A stretch of 39,686 bases of DNA from Gammaproteobacteria bacterium (GCA_009937385.1 JAACFL010000021.1:1-39686); one strand, 5' to 3'. Shown: positions 10,559-22,592, counted from the first letter of the stretch. Program-made: numbers and translations. The notes: generated by a model not told the origin, from the letters alone.

Positions 10559-11454
10559 CCGCCGAGGGTGACCGCGCACTGATCGATGCCTTTCTCGATG
10601 CGCTGTGGATGGAGCGTGGCCTGAGCGCGAACACCCTCAACGCCTACCGCACCGACCTGGCCGGTTTCGCCAAGTGGCTCGGGGAGCACGGCGGAGGGCT
10701 GGCCTCGGCGCGACGCGACCAGCTGCAGGGCTACCTCGCCTGGCGTGTCGGCCAGGGCGCGCGACCACGGACCACCGCGCGGCTGCTCTCCTCGCTGCGC
10801 CGTTTCTACCGCCACCTGGTGCGCGAGGGCCGTCGCAACGACGACCCCAGCGCACGCATCGACGCCCCACGCCTCGGACGCCCGCTGCCGAAGACGCTGA
10901 CCGAGGCCGAGGTCGAGGCGCTGCTCGCAGCACCCACCGTCGCCACCCGGCTCGGCCTCCGCGACCGCGCAATGCTGGAGCTGCTCTACGCGACCGGGCT
11001 GCGTGTTTCGGAGCTGGTCGGCCTGCGCGTCGAGCAGGTCAACCGCCAGCACGGCGTGCTGCGCGTGGTCGGCAAGGGCAACAAGGAGCGCCTGGTGCCG
11101 CTCGGCGAGGAGGCGCTCGCCTGGCTCGATCGTTACCTGGCCGAGGCGCGTGGCGACCTCAACCGCGGCCATGCCGACCCACACCTGTTCCTGACCGCAC
11201 GCGGTGGCCCCCTGACCCGCCAGGCCTTCTGGCACCTGATCCGCCGCCACGCGAAGCAGGCCGACATCCGCCATCCACTCTCCCCACACACGCTGCGCCA
11301 CGCCTTCGCGACCCACCTGCTCAACCACGGCGCCGACCTGCGCGTCGTCCAGCTGCTGCTGGGTCACAGCGACCTCTCCACGACCCAGATCTACACCCAC
11401 GTCGCGCGCGAGCGCCTCAAGCAGCTGCACGCCGAGCACCATCCCCGGGGCTGA
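10555..11454 (+). CDS. xerD: site-specific tyrosine recombinase XerD
   Basis: The GTG at 10555 overlaps the ogt stop. The sequence includes LIDAFLDALWMERGLSANTLNAYRTDL..., catalytic HTLRHAFATHLL and LLGHSDLSTTQIYTH. Confidence 0.92.
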   Translation: MTAEGDRALIDAFLDALWMERGLSANTLNAYRTDLAGFAKWLGEHGGGLASARRDQLQGYLAWRVGQGARPRTTARLLSSLRRFYRHLVREGRRNDDPSARIDAPRLGRPLPKTLTEAEVEALLAAPTVATRLGLRDRAMLELLYATGLRVSELVGLRVEQVNRQHGVLRVVGKGNKERLVPLGEEALAWLDRYLAEARGDLNRGHADPHLFLTARGGPLTRQAFWHLIRRHAKQADIRHPLSPHTLRHAFATHLLNHGADLRVVQLLLGHSDLSTTQIYTHVARERLKQLHAEHHPRG

Positions 11455-11586
11455 ACTTGTCGCGGTCTGCACCACGGGCGCTGTAGGCCGTGGCTGAATT
11501 TCCTGTCGCACAGATCACCACGCCGACGGATTTGGAACCGCCGAAATGAATGCCGAAACGGCTTTATCTTGCTGTTTATATTCGAA

Positions 11587-11615
11587 TTAAATGTTGAATC
11601 GACGTTCTGTTAAAG
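11587..11615 (+). promoter_or_regulatory. candidate sigma70 promoter for the GGA-rich sRNA (TTAAAT-17-TTAAAG)
   Basis: AT-rich patch in an otherwise GC-rich region, with -35 at 11587-11592 and -10 at 11610-11615. The hexamers are weak, so the placement is tentative. Confidence 0.3.
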
Positions 11616-11621
11616 CGCTTG

Positions 11622-11857
11622 CTCGTGCCATTTATCAGGATTGCAGGATCCTCGCCGGGGGGCCACATTCAGCGCCCCGGAGCCATGCCGGGACCGCCAA
11701 GGAAGGCGGTGCCACGCCAGGGAGGGCGCGGCAGGGCGGCAGGACGCCGCCGGACTCGCCAGGGGTGATCCTGGGCATCGGCCGCAAGGACGCGGGAGAT
11801 GCTGGCCAAGGGAGGACCAGGCGAACGCGGGCGACCTACGGGTCGCCCGTTTTTTTT
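11622..11857 (+). ncRNA. CsrB/RsmZ-class CsrA-sequestering sRNA candidate
   Basis: About 13 GGA trinucleotides occur in roughly 235 nt. Five GC stems carry A(N)GGA loops (11694-11709, 11715-11728, 11735-11751, 11782-11795, 11802-11820). Two CAGGAT motifs sit at the 5' end and an intrinsic terminator at the 3' end. The 5' end is approximate. Confidence 0.65.
11828..11857 (+). terminator. rho-independent terminator
   Basis: 9-bp GC stem cgggcgacc / ggtcgcccg with loop TACG, followed by T8 (11850-11857). Confidence 0.85.
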
Positions 11858-11899
11858 GGAGTTCAGCTGCTTGAGCTGGCACCAGCCGATAGAATTTTA

Positions 11900-11915
11900 G
11901 TATCGTTATTGATAC
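11900..11915 (+). promoter_or_regulatory. inverted repeat GTATC-N6-GATAC, candidate HicB operator
   Basis: Seen directly upstream of the hicA ATG in an AT-rich promoter-like stretch. HicB-type antitoxins commonly autoregulate through such palindromes. Confidence 0.3.
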
Positions 11916-11923
11916 CATTATAG

Positions 11924-12172
11924 ATGCGCACAATTGCCGACATCGTCGAGGCAATGAAGGCCAATCCGCGAGGGATCAAGTTCAAGGATCTTGCGAGGGT
12001 GTGCGATGCCTGCTTCGGTGAACCGAGGCAACGAGGAACCAGCCACCATGTCTACAAGACGCCGTGGGCTGGCGATCCCAGGGTCAATATCCAGTCCGAC
12101 AAGGGAATGGCCAAGGCATACCAGGTCAAGCAGGTTCTCAAGGCGATCGAAAAGCTGGAGGCAACGAGATGA
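11924..12172 (+). CDS. hicA: type II toxin-antitoxin system HicA family toxin
   Basis: 82 aa. The ...RGTSHHVYKTPWAGDPRVNIQSDKGMAKAYQVKQVLKAI core matches the HicA (YcfA-like) GSHH/KxP pattern. An alternative start at 11954 has a GAGG Shine-Dalgarno. The stop overlaps the hicB start (ATGA). Confidence 0.75.
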   Translation: MRTIADIVEAMKANPRGIKFKDLARVCDACFGEPRQRGTSHHVYKTPWAGDPRVNIQSDKGMAKAYQVKQVLKAIEKLEATR

Positions 12173-12492
12173 GTGACCGTTACAGCTATCGTGTCATCTG
12201 GTCGGAAGCCGACCAGGAACACGTCGGGCTATGCACTGAATTCCCTTCGCTCTCCTGGCTGGCAGAGACACCAGAAAAAGCTCTGCGAGGCATCCGAAAG
12301 GTGGTCTCTGGCGTGGTCGAGGATATGCGTGCAAATGGTGAGACGCCGCCCGAACCGCTCTCGACCCGCAAGTTCAGCGGAAAATTCCAGGTTCGGGTGA
12401 CACCGGATATCCACCGTCACCTGGTCATGGAAGCAGCCGAGGAAGGGGTGAGCCTCAACCGGCTGGTAAGCGCACGCCTGGCGCTTGGTTGA
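12169..12492 (+). CDS. hicB: type II toxin-antitoxin system HicB family antitoxin
   Basis: 107 aa. It has an N-terminal HicB fold (YSYRVIWSEADQEHVGLCTEFPSLSWLAETPEKAL) and a C-terminal ribbon-helix-helix-like segment (SGKFQVRVTPDIHRHLVMEAAEEGVSLNRLVSARLA). Confidence 0.8.
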   Translation: MSDRYSYRVIWSEADQEHVGLCTEFPSLSWLAETPEKALRGIRKVVSGVVEDMRANGETPPEPLSTRKFSGKFQVRVTPDIHRHLVMEAAEEGVSLNRLVSARLALG

Positions 12493-12688
12493 GTCGCATA
12501 TCCGCCGATGACCGGAGGCCAGCATCGGCATCCCCGATGCCCACCCCGCGCATTCGAGTCTGGGCTTGTCGCGGTCATGAGGCCGCGCCTACGACGCCAG
12601 TGCATCTCCAGCAGGAGCGTCGTCCACGACGCGAAACAGTCCCGGCGGAGACCCATCCAGCCTCGGACGGCCTCACCATACGAAGCCA

Positions 12689-15268
12689 TCAGGAATCTTC
12701 AGTCAATCGCCTGAGTTCGTAGAGCGCCTCGAGCGCCTCGCGTGGCGACAACGCGTCGGGATCGAGCGCACGCAACGCGTTCTGCAGGCGGTCGTCTCGC
12801 GCGTCGAACAGCCCCATCTGCTGGACGTCGCGGGGCTGCTCGGCCACCACCTCGGCGTGGCTGCGCGCCTCGAGTTCGGCGAGGCGCCGGCGCGCGGCAT
12901 CGATGACCTCGCGCGGCACGCCGGCCAGGGCCGCGACCTGCAGGCCGTAGCTCTGGTTGGCCGGCCCCTCGCGTACCGCGTGCAGGAACACGATGCGCTC
13001 ACCGTGCTCGACCGCGTCGAGGTGCACGTTGGCGACGGCGTCGATCTCCTCGGCCAGCGCGGTCAGCTCGAAGTAGTGGGTCGCGAACAGCGTGAAGGCA
13101 CGCACGTCGCGCGCCAGCCGCTCGGCGCTCGCCCACGCCAGCGACAGGCCGTCGAAGGTGCTGGTGCCGCGTCCGACCTCGTCCATCAGCACCAGCGAGC
13201 GGTCGGTCGCGTTGTTGAGGATGTTGGCGGTCTCGGTCATCTCGACCATGAAGGTCGAACGGCCGCCGGCCAGGTCGTCGGAGGCGCCGATGCGGGTGAA
13301 GATGCGGTCCAGCGGGCCGAGTTCGGCGCTCTGGGCCGGGACGTAGCTTCCCGCGTGGGCGAGCAGCGCGATCAGCGCGACCTGGCGCATGTAGGTCGAC
13401 TTGCCGCCCATGTTCGGCCCGGTGATCACCAGCATGCGGCGCGCGTCGCCGAGTTCCAGGTCGTTGGCGACGAACGGCTCCTGCTGCACCGCCTCGACGA
13501 CCGGGTGACGGCCGGCGACGACACGCAGGCCGGGCGTGGTGACCAGTTGCGGGCGGCAGAGGTCGAGCGCCTCGGCACGCTCGGCGAGGGTGGCCAGCAC
13601 GTCGAGCTCGGCGAGCGCCGAAGCCACGACCTGCAGCGGGCCGAGCTGTTCGGCGATGGCGTCGAGCAGGCCTTCATAGAGCTGCTTTTCGCGCGCCAGG
13701 GCCCGCTCGCGGGCGCTCAGCACGCGATCCTCGAAGCCCTTCAGCTCGGGCGTGATGTAGCGCTCGGCGTTCTTCAGCGTCTGGCGCCGCTGGTAGTCGA
13801 CCGGCACCTTGTCGGCGTGGCTGCGACCGAGCTCGATGTAGTAGCCATGCACCCGGTTGTAGCTGACCTTCAGCGTCGCCACGCCGGTGCGCTCGCGTTC
13901 GCGCAGCTCGAGCTCGGCGAGGAAGCCGTCGGCATTGCGGCTCAGGCCGCGCAGCTCGTCGAGCTCCGCATCGTAGCCCTCGGCGATCACACCGCCGTCG
14001 CGCAGCACCACCGGCGGCTGCTCGATCAGCGCCCTGCAGAGCAGGTCGTGCATCGCTGGTTGTTCGACCAGCGCGCCGGCGATGGCATAGAGCAGTGACG
14101 CCTCGAGGCTGCCGAGCCCCTCGTGCAGTGCCGGCAGGCGGCCGAGGGCGTCGCGTAGGCCGACCAGGTCGCGCGGTCGGGCGCTGCGCAGCGCGACGCG
14201 GCTGAGGATGCGCTCGACGTCGGCCGTGCCGCGCAGCACCTCGCGCAGTCCGGCATGGGCGCCGTTCTCCAGCAGCACCGCGATCGCCCCGTGGCGCAGG
14301 CCGAGCGCGGCCTGGTCGCGCAGCGGCCGCTGCAGCCAGCGTCGCAGGCAGCGTCCGCCCATGCTGGTCACGGTGCGGTCGAACACGCCGACCAGGGTCT
14401 GCTGGTCGCGGCCACCGAGGTTGCGGTCGATCTCGAGGTTGCGCCGGCTCGCCGCGTCGAGCACCAGGGCCTCGTCGTGGTGTTCGACCGCGAGGCCGCG
14501 CAGGTGTGGCAGCGCGCCACGCTGGGTGTCGCGCACGTACTGCAGCAGGCCGCCGGCCGCGCCGACCGCCAGCTCCAGCCCCTCGCAGCCGAAGCCTGCG
14601 AGGTCGCGGGTGCCGAACTGGGTGCACAACGCACGGTGGGCAGCCGCGGGGTCGAAGTGCCAGGGCGGCAGGCGGCGCCGCGCCGCGTCGGGCAGTTCGG
14701 GCAGCGGCACGTCGTCGTCGGGCACCAGCAGTTCCGCCGGCTCGAGGCGCACCAGCTCGCCGCGCAGCGCGTCGTCACCGTCCACCTCGAGCAGAGTGAA
14801 ACGGCCGCTGCTGAGATCCAGCGCGGCGAGGCCGTAGCGCGCATCCCGCCCGAGCAGCGCCACGATCAGGTTGTCGCGCCGGTCGTCCAGCAGCGCGTCC
14901 TCGGTGAGCGTGCCCGGGGTGACCACGCGCACCACCTCACGCGCCACCGGCCCCTTGCTCGCCGCCGGGTCGCCGACCTGCTCGCAGATCGCCACCGACT
15001 CGCCGAGGCGCACCAGTTTCGCCAGGTAGCCGTCGACCGCGTGCACCGGCACGCCGGCCATCGGGATCGGGTTGCCGGCCGACTTGCCGCGGGCGGTCAG
15101 CGTGATGTCGAGCAGTTCCGCGGCGCGCCTGGCGTCGTCGTAGAACAGCTCGTAGAAATCCCCCATCCGGTAGAACAGCAGGATGTCGGGATGCTCGGCC
15201 TTGATCGCCAGGTACTGCTGCATCATCGGCGTATGGCTGGCGGCGGCGGACTTGGCTGGGCTGGGCAT
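12689..15268 (-). CDS. mutS: DNA mismatch repair protein MutS
   Basis: 859 aa, with [31 protein letters not shown] at the N-terminus and Walker [14 protein letters not shown]. Confidence 0.98.
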   Translation of the reverse strand: MPSPAKSAAASHTPMMQQYLAIKAEHPDILLFYRMGDFYELFYDDARRAAELLDITLTARGKSAGNPIPMAGVPVHAVDGYLAKLVRLGESVAICEQVGDPAASKGPVAREVVRVVTPGTLTEDALLDDRRDNLIVALLGRDARYGLAALDLSSGRFTLLEVDGDDALRGELVRLEPAELLVPDDDVPLPELPDAARRRLPPWHFDPAAAHRALCTQFGTRDLAGFGCEGLELAVGAAGGLLQYVRDTQRGALPHLRGLAVEHHDEALVLDAASRRNLEIDRNLGGRDQQTLVGVFDRTVTSMGGRCLRRWLQRPLRDQAALGLRHGAIAVLLENGAHAGLREVLRGTADVERILSRVALRSARPRDLVGLRDALGRLPALHEGLGSLEASLLYAIAGALVEQPAMHDLLCRALIEQPPVVLRDGGVIAEGYDAELDELRGLSRNADGFLAELELRERERTGVATLKVSYNRVHGYYIELGRSHADKVPVDYQRRQTLKNAERYITPELKGFEDRVLSARERALAREKQLYEGLLDAIAEQLGPLQVVASALAELDVLATLAERAEALDLCRPQLVTTPGLRVVAGRHPVVEAVQQEPFVANDLELGDARRMLVITGPNMGGKSTYMRQVALIALLAHAGSYVPAQSAELGPLDRIFTRIGASDDLAGGRSTFMVEMTETANILNNATDRSLVLMDEVGRGTSTFDGLSLAWASAERLARDVRAFTLFATHYFELTALAEEIDAVANVHLDAVEHGERIVFLHAVREGPANQSYGLQVAALAGVPREVIDAARRRLAELEARSHAEVVAEQPRDVQQMGLFDARDDRLQNALRALDPDALSPREALEALYELRRLTEDS

Positions 15269-15352
15269 CGCGGCAGTGTAGCGAAGGCGCCGCTCGAGCG
15301 GCCAGCCGTCGGGGTTGCTCCGCGCCGCGTCGCTCGCCTAGGCTGACCGACG

Positions 15353-15835
15353 ATGGACGATCTCGACTCCCTCGCGCACGCGGTCGCCGAACGCATGCTC
15401 ACCGATGGCCTGTGGCTGGCCACCGCCGAGTCGTGCACCGGCGGCTGGGTCGCCAAGGTGCTGACCGACATCGCCGGCAGCAGCGGCTGGTTCGAACGCG
15501 GTCTGGTCACCTACTCCAACCGCGCCAAGCAGGAGCTGCTCGGCGTGCCCACGGCGCTGCTCGAAGCGCACGGCGCGGTCAGCGGTGAGGTCGTCGCGGC
15601 GATGGCCAGCGGCCTGCGCTCGCGGGCGGCGGTCGACGTCGCGCTGGCGATCAGCGGGGTCGCCGGCCCGGGCGGCGGCACGCCGGACAAGCCGGTCGGC
15701 ACGGTCTGGTTCGCCTGGGACGCCGGCATGCCGCGCACCGCCTGCCTGCACTTCGCCGGCGACCGCGAGGCGGTGCGTCGCCAGGCGGTCGCGCACGCGC
15801 TGCGGGGCCTGCTCGATGCCCTCCCCTCGCGCTAG
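15353..15835 (+). CDS. pncC: nicotinamide-nucleotide amidohydrolase (CinA C-terminal domain type)
   Basis: 160 aa containing ATAESCTGGWVAKVLTDIAGSS...GAVS.EVVAAMA...SGVAGPGGG. The position upstream of recA is typical. Confidence 0.85.
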   Translation: MDDLDSLAHAVAERMLTDGLWLATAESCTGGWVAKVLTDIAGSSGWFERGLVTYSNRAKQELLGVPTALLEAHGAVSGEVVAAMASGLRSRAAVDVALAISGVAGPGGGTPDKPVGTVWFAWDAGMPRTACLHFAGDREAVRRQAVAHALRGLLDALPSR

Positions 15836-16361
15836 GAGCTACCGACTCTTCTTCGCCCTGTGGCCGTCGGCGGAGCTGCGCGACACCCTCGCGGCCTGGT
15901 CACGGCAACACGCCCCGCAAGGCGCCCGGCCGGTGCGTCCGGACAACCTCCACCTCACCCTCGCGTTCCTCGGCAGCCTGCCCGAGGAGCGTCTCGACGC
16001 GGTGCACGCGGCAGGCGCGGCCCTGCGCGCGGCGCCGGTACGGCTGGAGCTGGCCCGCGTCGAGCACTGGCCGCGCCCACGCCTGCTGTGCGCGCTGCCT
16101 GCCCCCGGACCCGACCCGCTCGCCGGCCTCGCCACGGCCCTGCGTGAACAGCTCACCACTCACCGCCTGCCGGTCGAGACACGACCGTTCCGCAGCCATG
16201 TGACGCTGGTGCGCAAGGTGTCGGGAACCTGGTCGGGTGCCACGTTCGACCCGCCGCTCACCTGGGTCGGCAAGCGATTCGCGCTGGTGGTCTCCGAGAG
16301 CACGCGCGAGGGTGTCCGCTACCGCGAACTGGCCGGCTGGCCGCTGCGCGACGTGGGTTGA
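15816..16361 (+). CDS. thpR: RNA 2',3'-cyclic phosphodiesterase (2'-5' RNA ligase family)
   Basis: Two HxTx motifs (HLTLAFLG and HVTLVR) are present. The ATG at 15816 overlaps the pncC 3' end by 20 nt. Confidence 0.8.
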   Translation: MPSPRARSYRLFFALWPSAELRDTLAAWSRQHAPQGARPVRPDNLHLTLAFLGSLPEERLDAVHAAGAALRAAPVRLELARVEHWPRPRLLCALPAPGPDPLAGLATALREQLTTHRLPVETRPFRSHVTLVRKVSGTWSGATFDPPLTWVGKRFALVVSESTREGVRYRELAGWPLRDVG

Positions 16362-16641
16362 CCAGGCTCACCTGGCGAGCCTGTGCGGTGCCATCCTTGG
16401 CGCCAGGCCACGATTAACGTGCCCCTTGGAATACCGGCCAGGACAAGCACACGCCATGACCAGCCAGCCCGATGGAACGACCACGGCCGAAGCCAGCCCG
16501 AACGACCTGCGCCAGGTCAGCTGTCGTACCGATCCGACAGCCGATCGCGCCGTTTCGCCATGGCCGCTACCAGGGGGCTGTGAAATAATCGAGGCCTCGC
16601 CGAAACCCAAACGCACACCCCTGCCAGGACCCAAAAAGACT

Positions 16642-17676
16642 ATGGATGACAATCGACAGAAGGCCCTCAACGCCGCGCTCGGCCAGATCGAGCGCCAGTT
16701 CGGCAAGGGCGCGATCATGCGCATGGGCGACAGCACCGTACGCGACGTGGAAGTGGTCTCGACCGGCTCGCTCGGCCTCGACGTCGCGCTCGGCGTCGGT
16801 GGCCTGCCCTACGGGCGCGTGGTCGAGGTCTACGGCCCGGAGTCGTCCGGCAAGACCACGCTGACGCTGCAGGTGGTGGCCGAGGTGCAGCGCCAGGGCG
16901 GCACCGCGGCGTTCATCGACGCCGAGCACGCCCTCGACCCGAGCTACGCCGAAAAGATCGGCGTCAACGTCGACGACCTGCTGGTCTCGCAGCCCGACAA
17001 CGGCGAGCAGGCGCTGGAGATCGCCGACATGCTGGTGCGCTCCGGCGCGGTCAACCTGGTGGTGGTCGACTCGGTCGCCGCGCTGACGCCCAAGGCCGAG
17101 ATCGACGGCGACATGGGCGACTCCCACGTCGGCCTGCACGCGCGCCTGATGTCGCAGGCGCTGCGCAAGCTGACCGCCAACATCAAGCGCTCCAACACCC
17201 TGGTGATCTTCATCAACCAGATTCGCATGAAGATCGGCGTCATGTTCGGCAGCCCGGAGACCACAACCGGCGGCAACGCGCTCAAGTTCTACTCCTCGGT
17301 ACGCCTCGACATCCGCCGCATCGGCGCCATCAAGAAGGGCGACGAGGTGGTCGGCAACGAGACCCGGGTCAAGGTGGTCAAGAACAAGGTCGCGCCGCCG
17401 TTCAAGAAGGTTGAGTTCGAGATCCTCTACGGCGAGGGCATCTCCCGCGAGGGCGAGTTGATCGACATGGGCGTGGAACAGAGCCTGGTCGACAAGGCCG
17501 GTGCCTGGTACAGCTACAACGGCGAGCGCATCGGCCAGGGCAAGGAGAACGTCCGCCAGTTTCTGCGCGAGCACCCAGAGATGGCCGCCGAGATCGACAC
17601 CGCGCTGCGCACCAAGCTGCTGCCACAGCGGGCCGCCCCGGCCGAGGCCGGTGAGCCCGCCGAAGCCGAGGCCTGA
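16642..17676 (+). CDS. recA: recombinase RecA
   Basis: [30 protein letters not shown]..., Walker [10 protein letters not shown]. 344 aa. Confidence 0.98.
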   Translation: MDDNRQKALNAALGQIERQFGKGAIMRMGDSTVRDVEVVSTGSLGLDVALGVGGLPYGRVVEVYGPESSGKTTLTLQVVAEVQRQGGTAAFIDAEHALDPSYAEKIGVNVDDLLVSQPDNGEQALEIADMLVRSGAVNLVVVDSVAALTPKAEIDGDMGDSHVGLHARLMSQALRKLTANIKRSNTLVIFINQIRMKIGVMFGSPETTTGGNALKFYSSVRLDIRRIGAIKKGDEVVGNETRVKVVKNKVAPPFKKVEFEILYGEGISREGELIDMGVEQSLVDKAGAWYSYNGERIGQGKENVRQFLREHPEMAAEIDTALRTKLLPQRAAPAEAGEPAEAEA

Positions 17677-18124
17677 GGGTCTCGCCGCGCTGCGCGATCG
17701 CGCCTTGGGCCTGCTCGCCCGGCGCGAACACAGCCGCTTCGAGCTGCGCCGCAAGCTGAGCGATGCGGCTCCGGAGCCCGGCGAGCTCGATGCCGTGCTC
17801 GACGACCTCGCCGCGGCCGGCCTGCAGTCCGACCGGCGCTACGCGGAGAGCTTCGTGCGCAGTCGCATCGAGCGCGGCCAGGGTCCGTTACGCATCCGCA
17901 AGGAGCTGCGCCAACGCGGCGTCGAGGCCGCGCTCGCCGAGCAGGCCCTGGCCGAGGCGGAGGTCGACTGGGACGCCCGCCTGCGCGACGTGCACCGCAA
18001 GCGCTTCGGCAACACACCGCCTGCCGACCGCCGCGAGCAGGCACGCCAAGCCCGTTTCCTCGCCCAGCGTGGCTTCCCCGACGCGGCGATCCGCGACCTG
18101 TTGACAGACCCCGGCGAAGCGTGA
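17651..18124 (+). CDS. recX: recombination regulator RecX
   Basis: The GTG at 17651 overlaps the recA 3' end. It is a helical-repeat protein ([16 protein letters not shown]...[11 protein letters not shown]...) in the conserved position after recA. Confidence 0.8.
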   Translation: MSPPKPRPEGLAALRDRALGLLARREHSRFELRRKLSDAAPEPGELDAVLDDLAAAGLQSDRRYAESFVRSRIERGQGPLRIRKELRQRGVEAALAEQALAEAEVDWDARLRDVHRKRFGNTPPADRREQARQARFLAQRGFPDAAIRDLLTDPGEA

Positions 18125-18191
18125 ACCCTTGGCGATTTGCGCGCCCGCCCCGATGGCGGCGCGCGCCCCTGCCCCACCCAGGCGAAAGAGC

Positions 18192-20767
<2,576 letters not shown>

Positions 20768-20830
20768 CCAAAGCCTTTATTTGCCGGGGCGATTAGTGAA
20801 TAATTCGCGCCTTTTCAGGCGGCACCACCC

Positions 20831-22051
20831 ATGGCCCTGATTGTCCAGAAGTACGGCGGCACCTCGGTCGGCACGACCGAGCGCATCGAGAACGTGGCGC
20901 AGCGCGTCGCGCAGTCTCACGCGCGCGGCGACCGGATCTGCGTGACCGTTTCCGCGATGAGCGGCGAGACCAATCGCCTGGTCGACCTCGGCAATGCCAT
21001 CGATCCTGGCGCCGACCGCCGCGAAGCCGACGTGCTGCTGTCGACCGGCGAGCAGGTCACCATCGCCCTGCTCAGCATGGCGCTGCAGAAGCTCGGCTGC
21101 CCGGCACGCTCGTTCACCGGCGGCCAGGCTGGCATCCTCACCGACTCGGCGCACAGCAAGGCGCGCATCCTCGACATCGACGCCACGCGCCTGCACGCCC
21201 AGCTCGACGACGGGCGGGTCTGCGTCGTCGCCGGTTTCCAGGGCCGCGACGGTGACGGCAACATCACCACCCTAGGCCGCGGCGGCTCCGACACCACCGC
21301 CGTCGCGCTGGCCGCCGCGCTCAAGGCCGACGAGTGCCAGATCTACACCGACGTCGACGGCGTCTACACCACCGACCCCCGGGTCGAGCCACGTGCCCGG
21401 CGACTCGAGCGCATCACCTTCGAGGAGATGCTCGAGATGGCCAGCCTCGGCTCCAAGGTGCTGCAGATCCGCGCGGTCGAAATGGCCGGCAAGTACAACG
21501 TGCCGCTGCGCGTGCTCTCGAGCTTCGAGGACGGCCCGGGCACCCTGATCACCTACGAGGAAGATGGGATGGAACAACCGCTGATCTCCGGCATCGCGTT
21601 CAACCGCGACGAGGCCCAGCTGACCATGGCCGGCGTGCCCGACAAGCCCGGCATCGCCCACGCCGTGCTCGGCCCGATCGCCGACGCCAACATCGAGGTC
21701 GACATGATCGTGCAGAACGTCGGCGACGACGCCAGCACCGACCTGACGTTCACGGTGCACCGCAACGACTACGACCGGGCGCTCGAGATCATCCAGCGCG
21801 TCGGCCAGGAGATCGGTGCGACCGACGTCACCGGCGACAACACCATCGCCAAGCTGTCGTTGGTCGGCGTGGGCATGCGCTCGCATGCGGGCATTGCGAG
21901 CCAGATGTTCGAGGCACTGGCCAGTGTTGGCATCAACATCCGCATGATCTCCACCTCGGAGATCAAGATCTCGGTGGTGGTCGACGACAAGTTCCTGGAG
22001 CTCGGCGTGCGCACGCTGCACGAGGCGTTCGGCCTCGCCGCAGACGAGTGA
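20831..22051 (+). CDS. lysC: aspartate kinase
   Basis: MALIVQKYGGTSVGT... plus C-terminal ACT domains, 406 aa. The alaS-lysC-csrA order is the same as I recall for Pseudomonas. Confidence 0.95.
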   Translation: MALIVQKYGGTSVGTTERIENVAQRVAQSHARGDRICVTVSAMSGETNRLVDLGNAIDPGADRREADVLLSTGEQVTIALLSMALQKLGCPARSFTGGQAGILTDSAHSKARILDIDATRLHAQLDDGRVCVVAGFQGRDGDGNITTLGRGGSDTTAVALAAALKADECQIYTDVDGVYTTDPRVEPRARRLERITFEEMLEMASLGSKVLQIRAVEMAGKYNVPLRVLSSFEDGPGTLITYEEDGMEQPLISGIAFNRDEAQLTMAGVPDKPGIAHAVLGPIADANIEVDMIVQNVGDDASTDLTFTVHRNDYDRALEIIQRVGQEIGATDVTGDNTIAKLSLVGVGMRSHAGIASQMFEALASVGINIRMISTSEIKISVVVDDKFLELGVRTLHEAFGLAADE

Positions 22052-22076
22052 ACCGCACCGCCTGCTCACGGGCGGC

Positions 22077-22104
22077 TTTCAATCGGGAAAAATCGGTCTA
22101 GAAT
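22077..22104 (+). promoter_or_regulatory. candidate sigma70 promoter for csrA (TTTCAA-16-TAGAAT)
   Basis: The hexamers were read directly and sit about 100 nt upstream of the csrA ATG. Confidence 0.3.
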
Positions 22105-22202
22105 CAACCACTGACGGAATACAACGAGCGCACACCCGACCAAGGTGAATAGAAGTCGAGGGATCGCGCAGTGAAACACCAAGGAAATCGGAGACAGCCG
22201 CG

Positions 22203-22394
22203 ATGCTGATATTGACCCGCCGGGTTGGAGAAACCCTGATGATCGGCGACGAGGTGACGGTGACGGTGCTCGGGGTCAAGGGCAACCAGGTGCGCCTCGG
22301 TGTCAATGCACCCAAGGATATCGCCGTGCACCGCGAAGAGATCTACGAGCGGATCAAGCGCGAGCAGAGCGGCGAGGCGCCCCAGGAGAGCTGA
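22203..22394 (+). CDS. csrA: carbon storage regulator CsrA/RsmA
   Basis: [51 protein letters not shown] is essentially the family consensus. Confidence 0.98.
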   Translation: MLILTRRVGETLMIGDEVTVTVLGVKGNQVRLGVNAPKDIAVHREEIYERIKREQSGEAPQES

Positions 22395-22450
22395 ACCGGG
22401 CCTCTCGCCTTGTCCTGAACCCTACTGGCCGGTATCCTTCCTCACCCCAC

Positions 22451-22541
22451 GGAGAGATGGCCGAGTGGCTGAAGGCGCTCCCCTGCTAAGGGAGTATGGG
22501 TTAATCGCCCATCGAGGGTTCGAATCCCTCTCTCTCCGCCA
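22451..22541 (+). tRNA. tRNA-Ser (anticodon GCU)
   Basis: Acceptor stem GGAGAGA/TCTCTCC, anticodon loop CTGCTAA, long variable arm, T-arm GAGGGTTCGAATCCCTC, encoded CCA. The position after csrA matches E. coli serV. Confidence 0.95.
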
Positions 22542-22592
22542 ATATCAAGAACGTCGAGTCCAAGCCGGCTCGGCGTTTTTTTTCGCAAGTAG

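Noticed and set aside
11482-11499. TGTAGG-N6-CTGAAT as a possible GacA box upstream of the first sRNA candidate.
   Set aside because: Only about 8 of 12 positions match and the right half-site is poor. It is much weaker than the box at 36619-36636.
11560-11620. Possible dif (XerCD) site in the AT-rich patch just downstream of xerD.
   Set aside because: I found no convincing match to the 28-bp gammaproteobacterial dif consensus as I remember it. Proximity to xerD is not expected for dif in any case.
11591-11954. ORFs 11591..11923(+), 11641..11874(+) and 11610..11954(-) overlapping the GGA-rich region.
   Set aside because: No Shine-Dalgarno is present and the products are low-complexity Arg/Gly/Pro-rich. 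The region is better explained by regularly spaced GGA-loop hairpins plus an intrinsic terminator.
20768-20830. Lysine riboswitch upstream of lysC.
   Set aside because: The spacer is only about 60 nt, which is far too short for an L-box, and it lacks the conserved helices.
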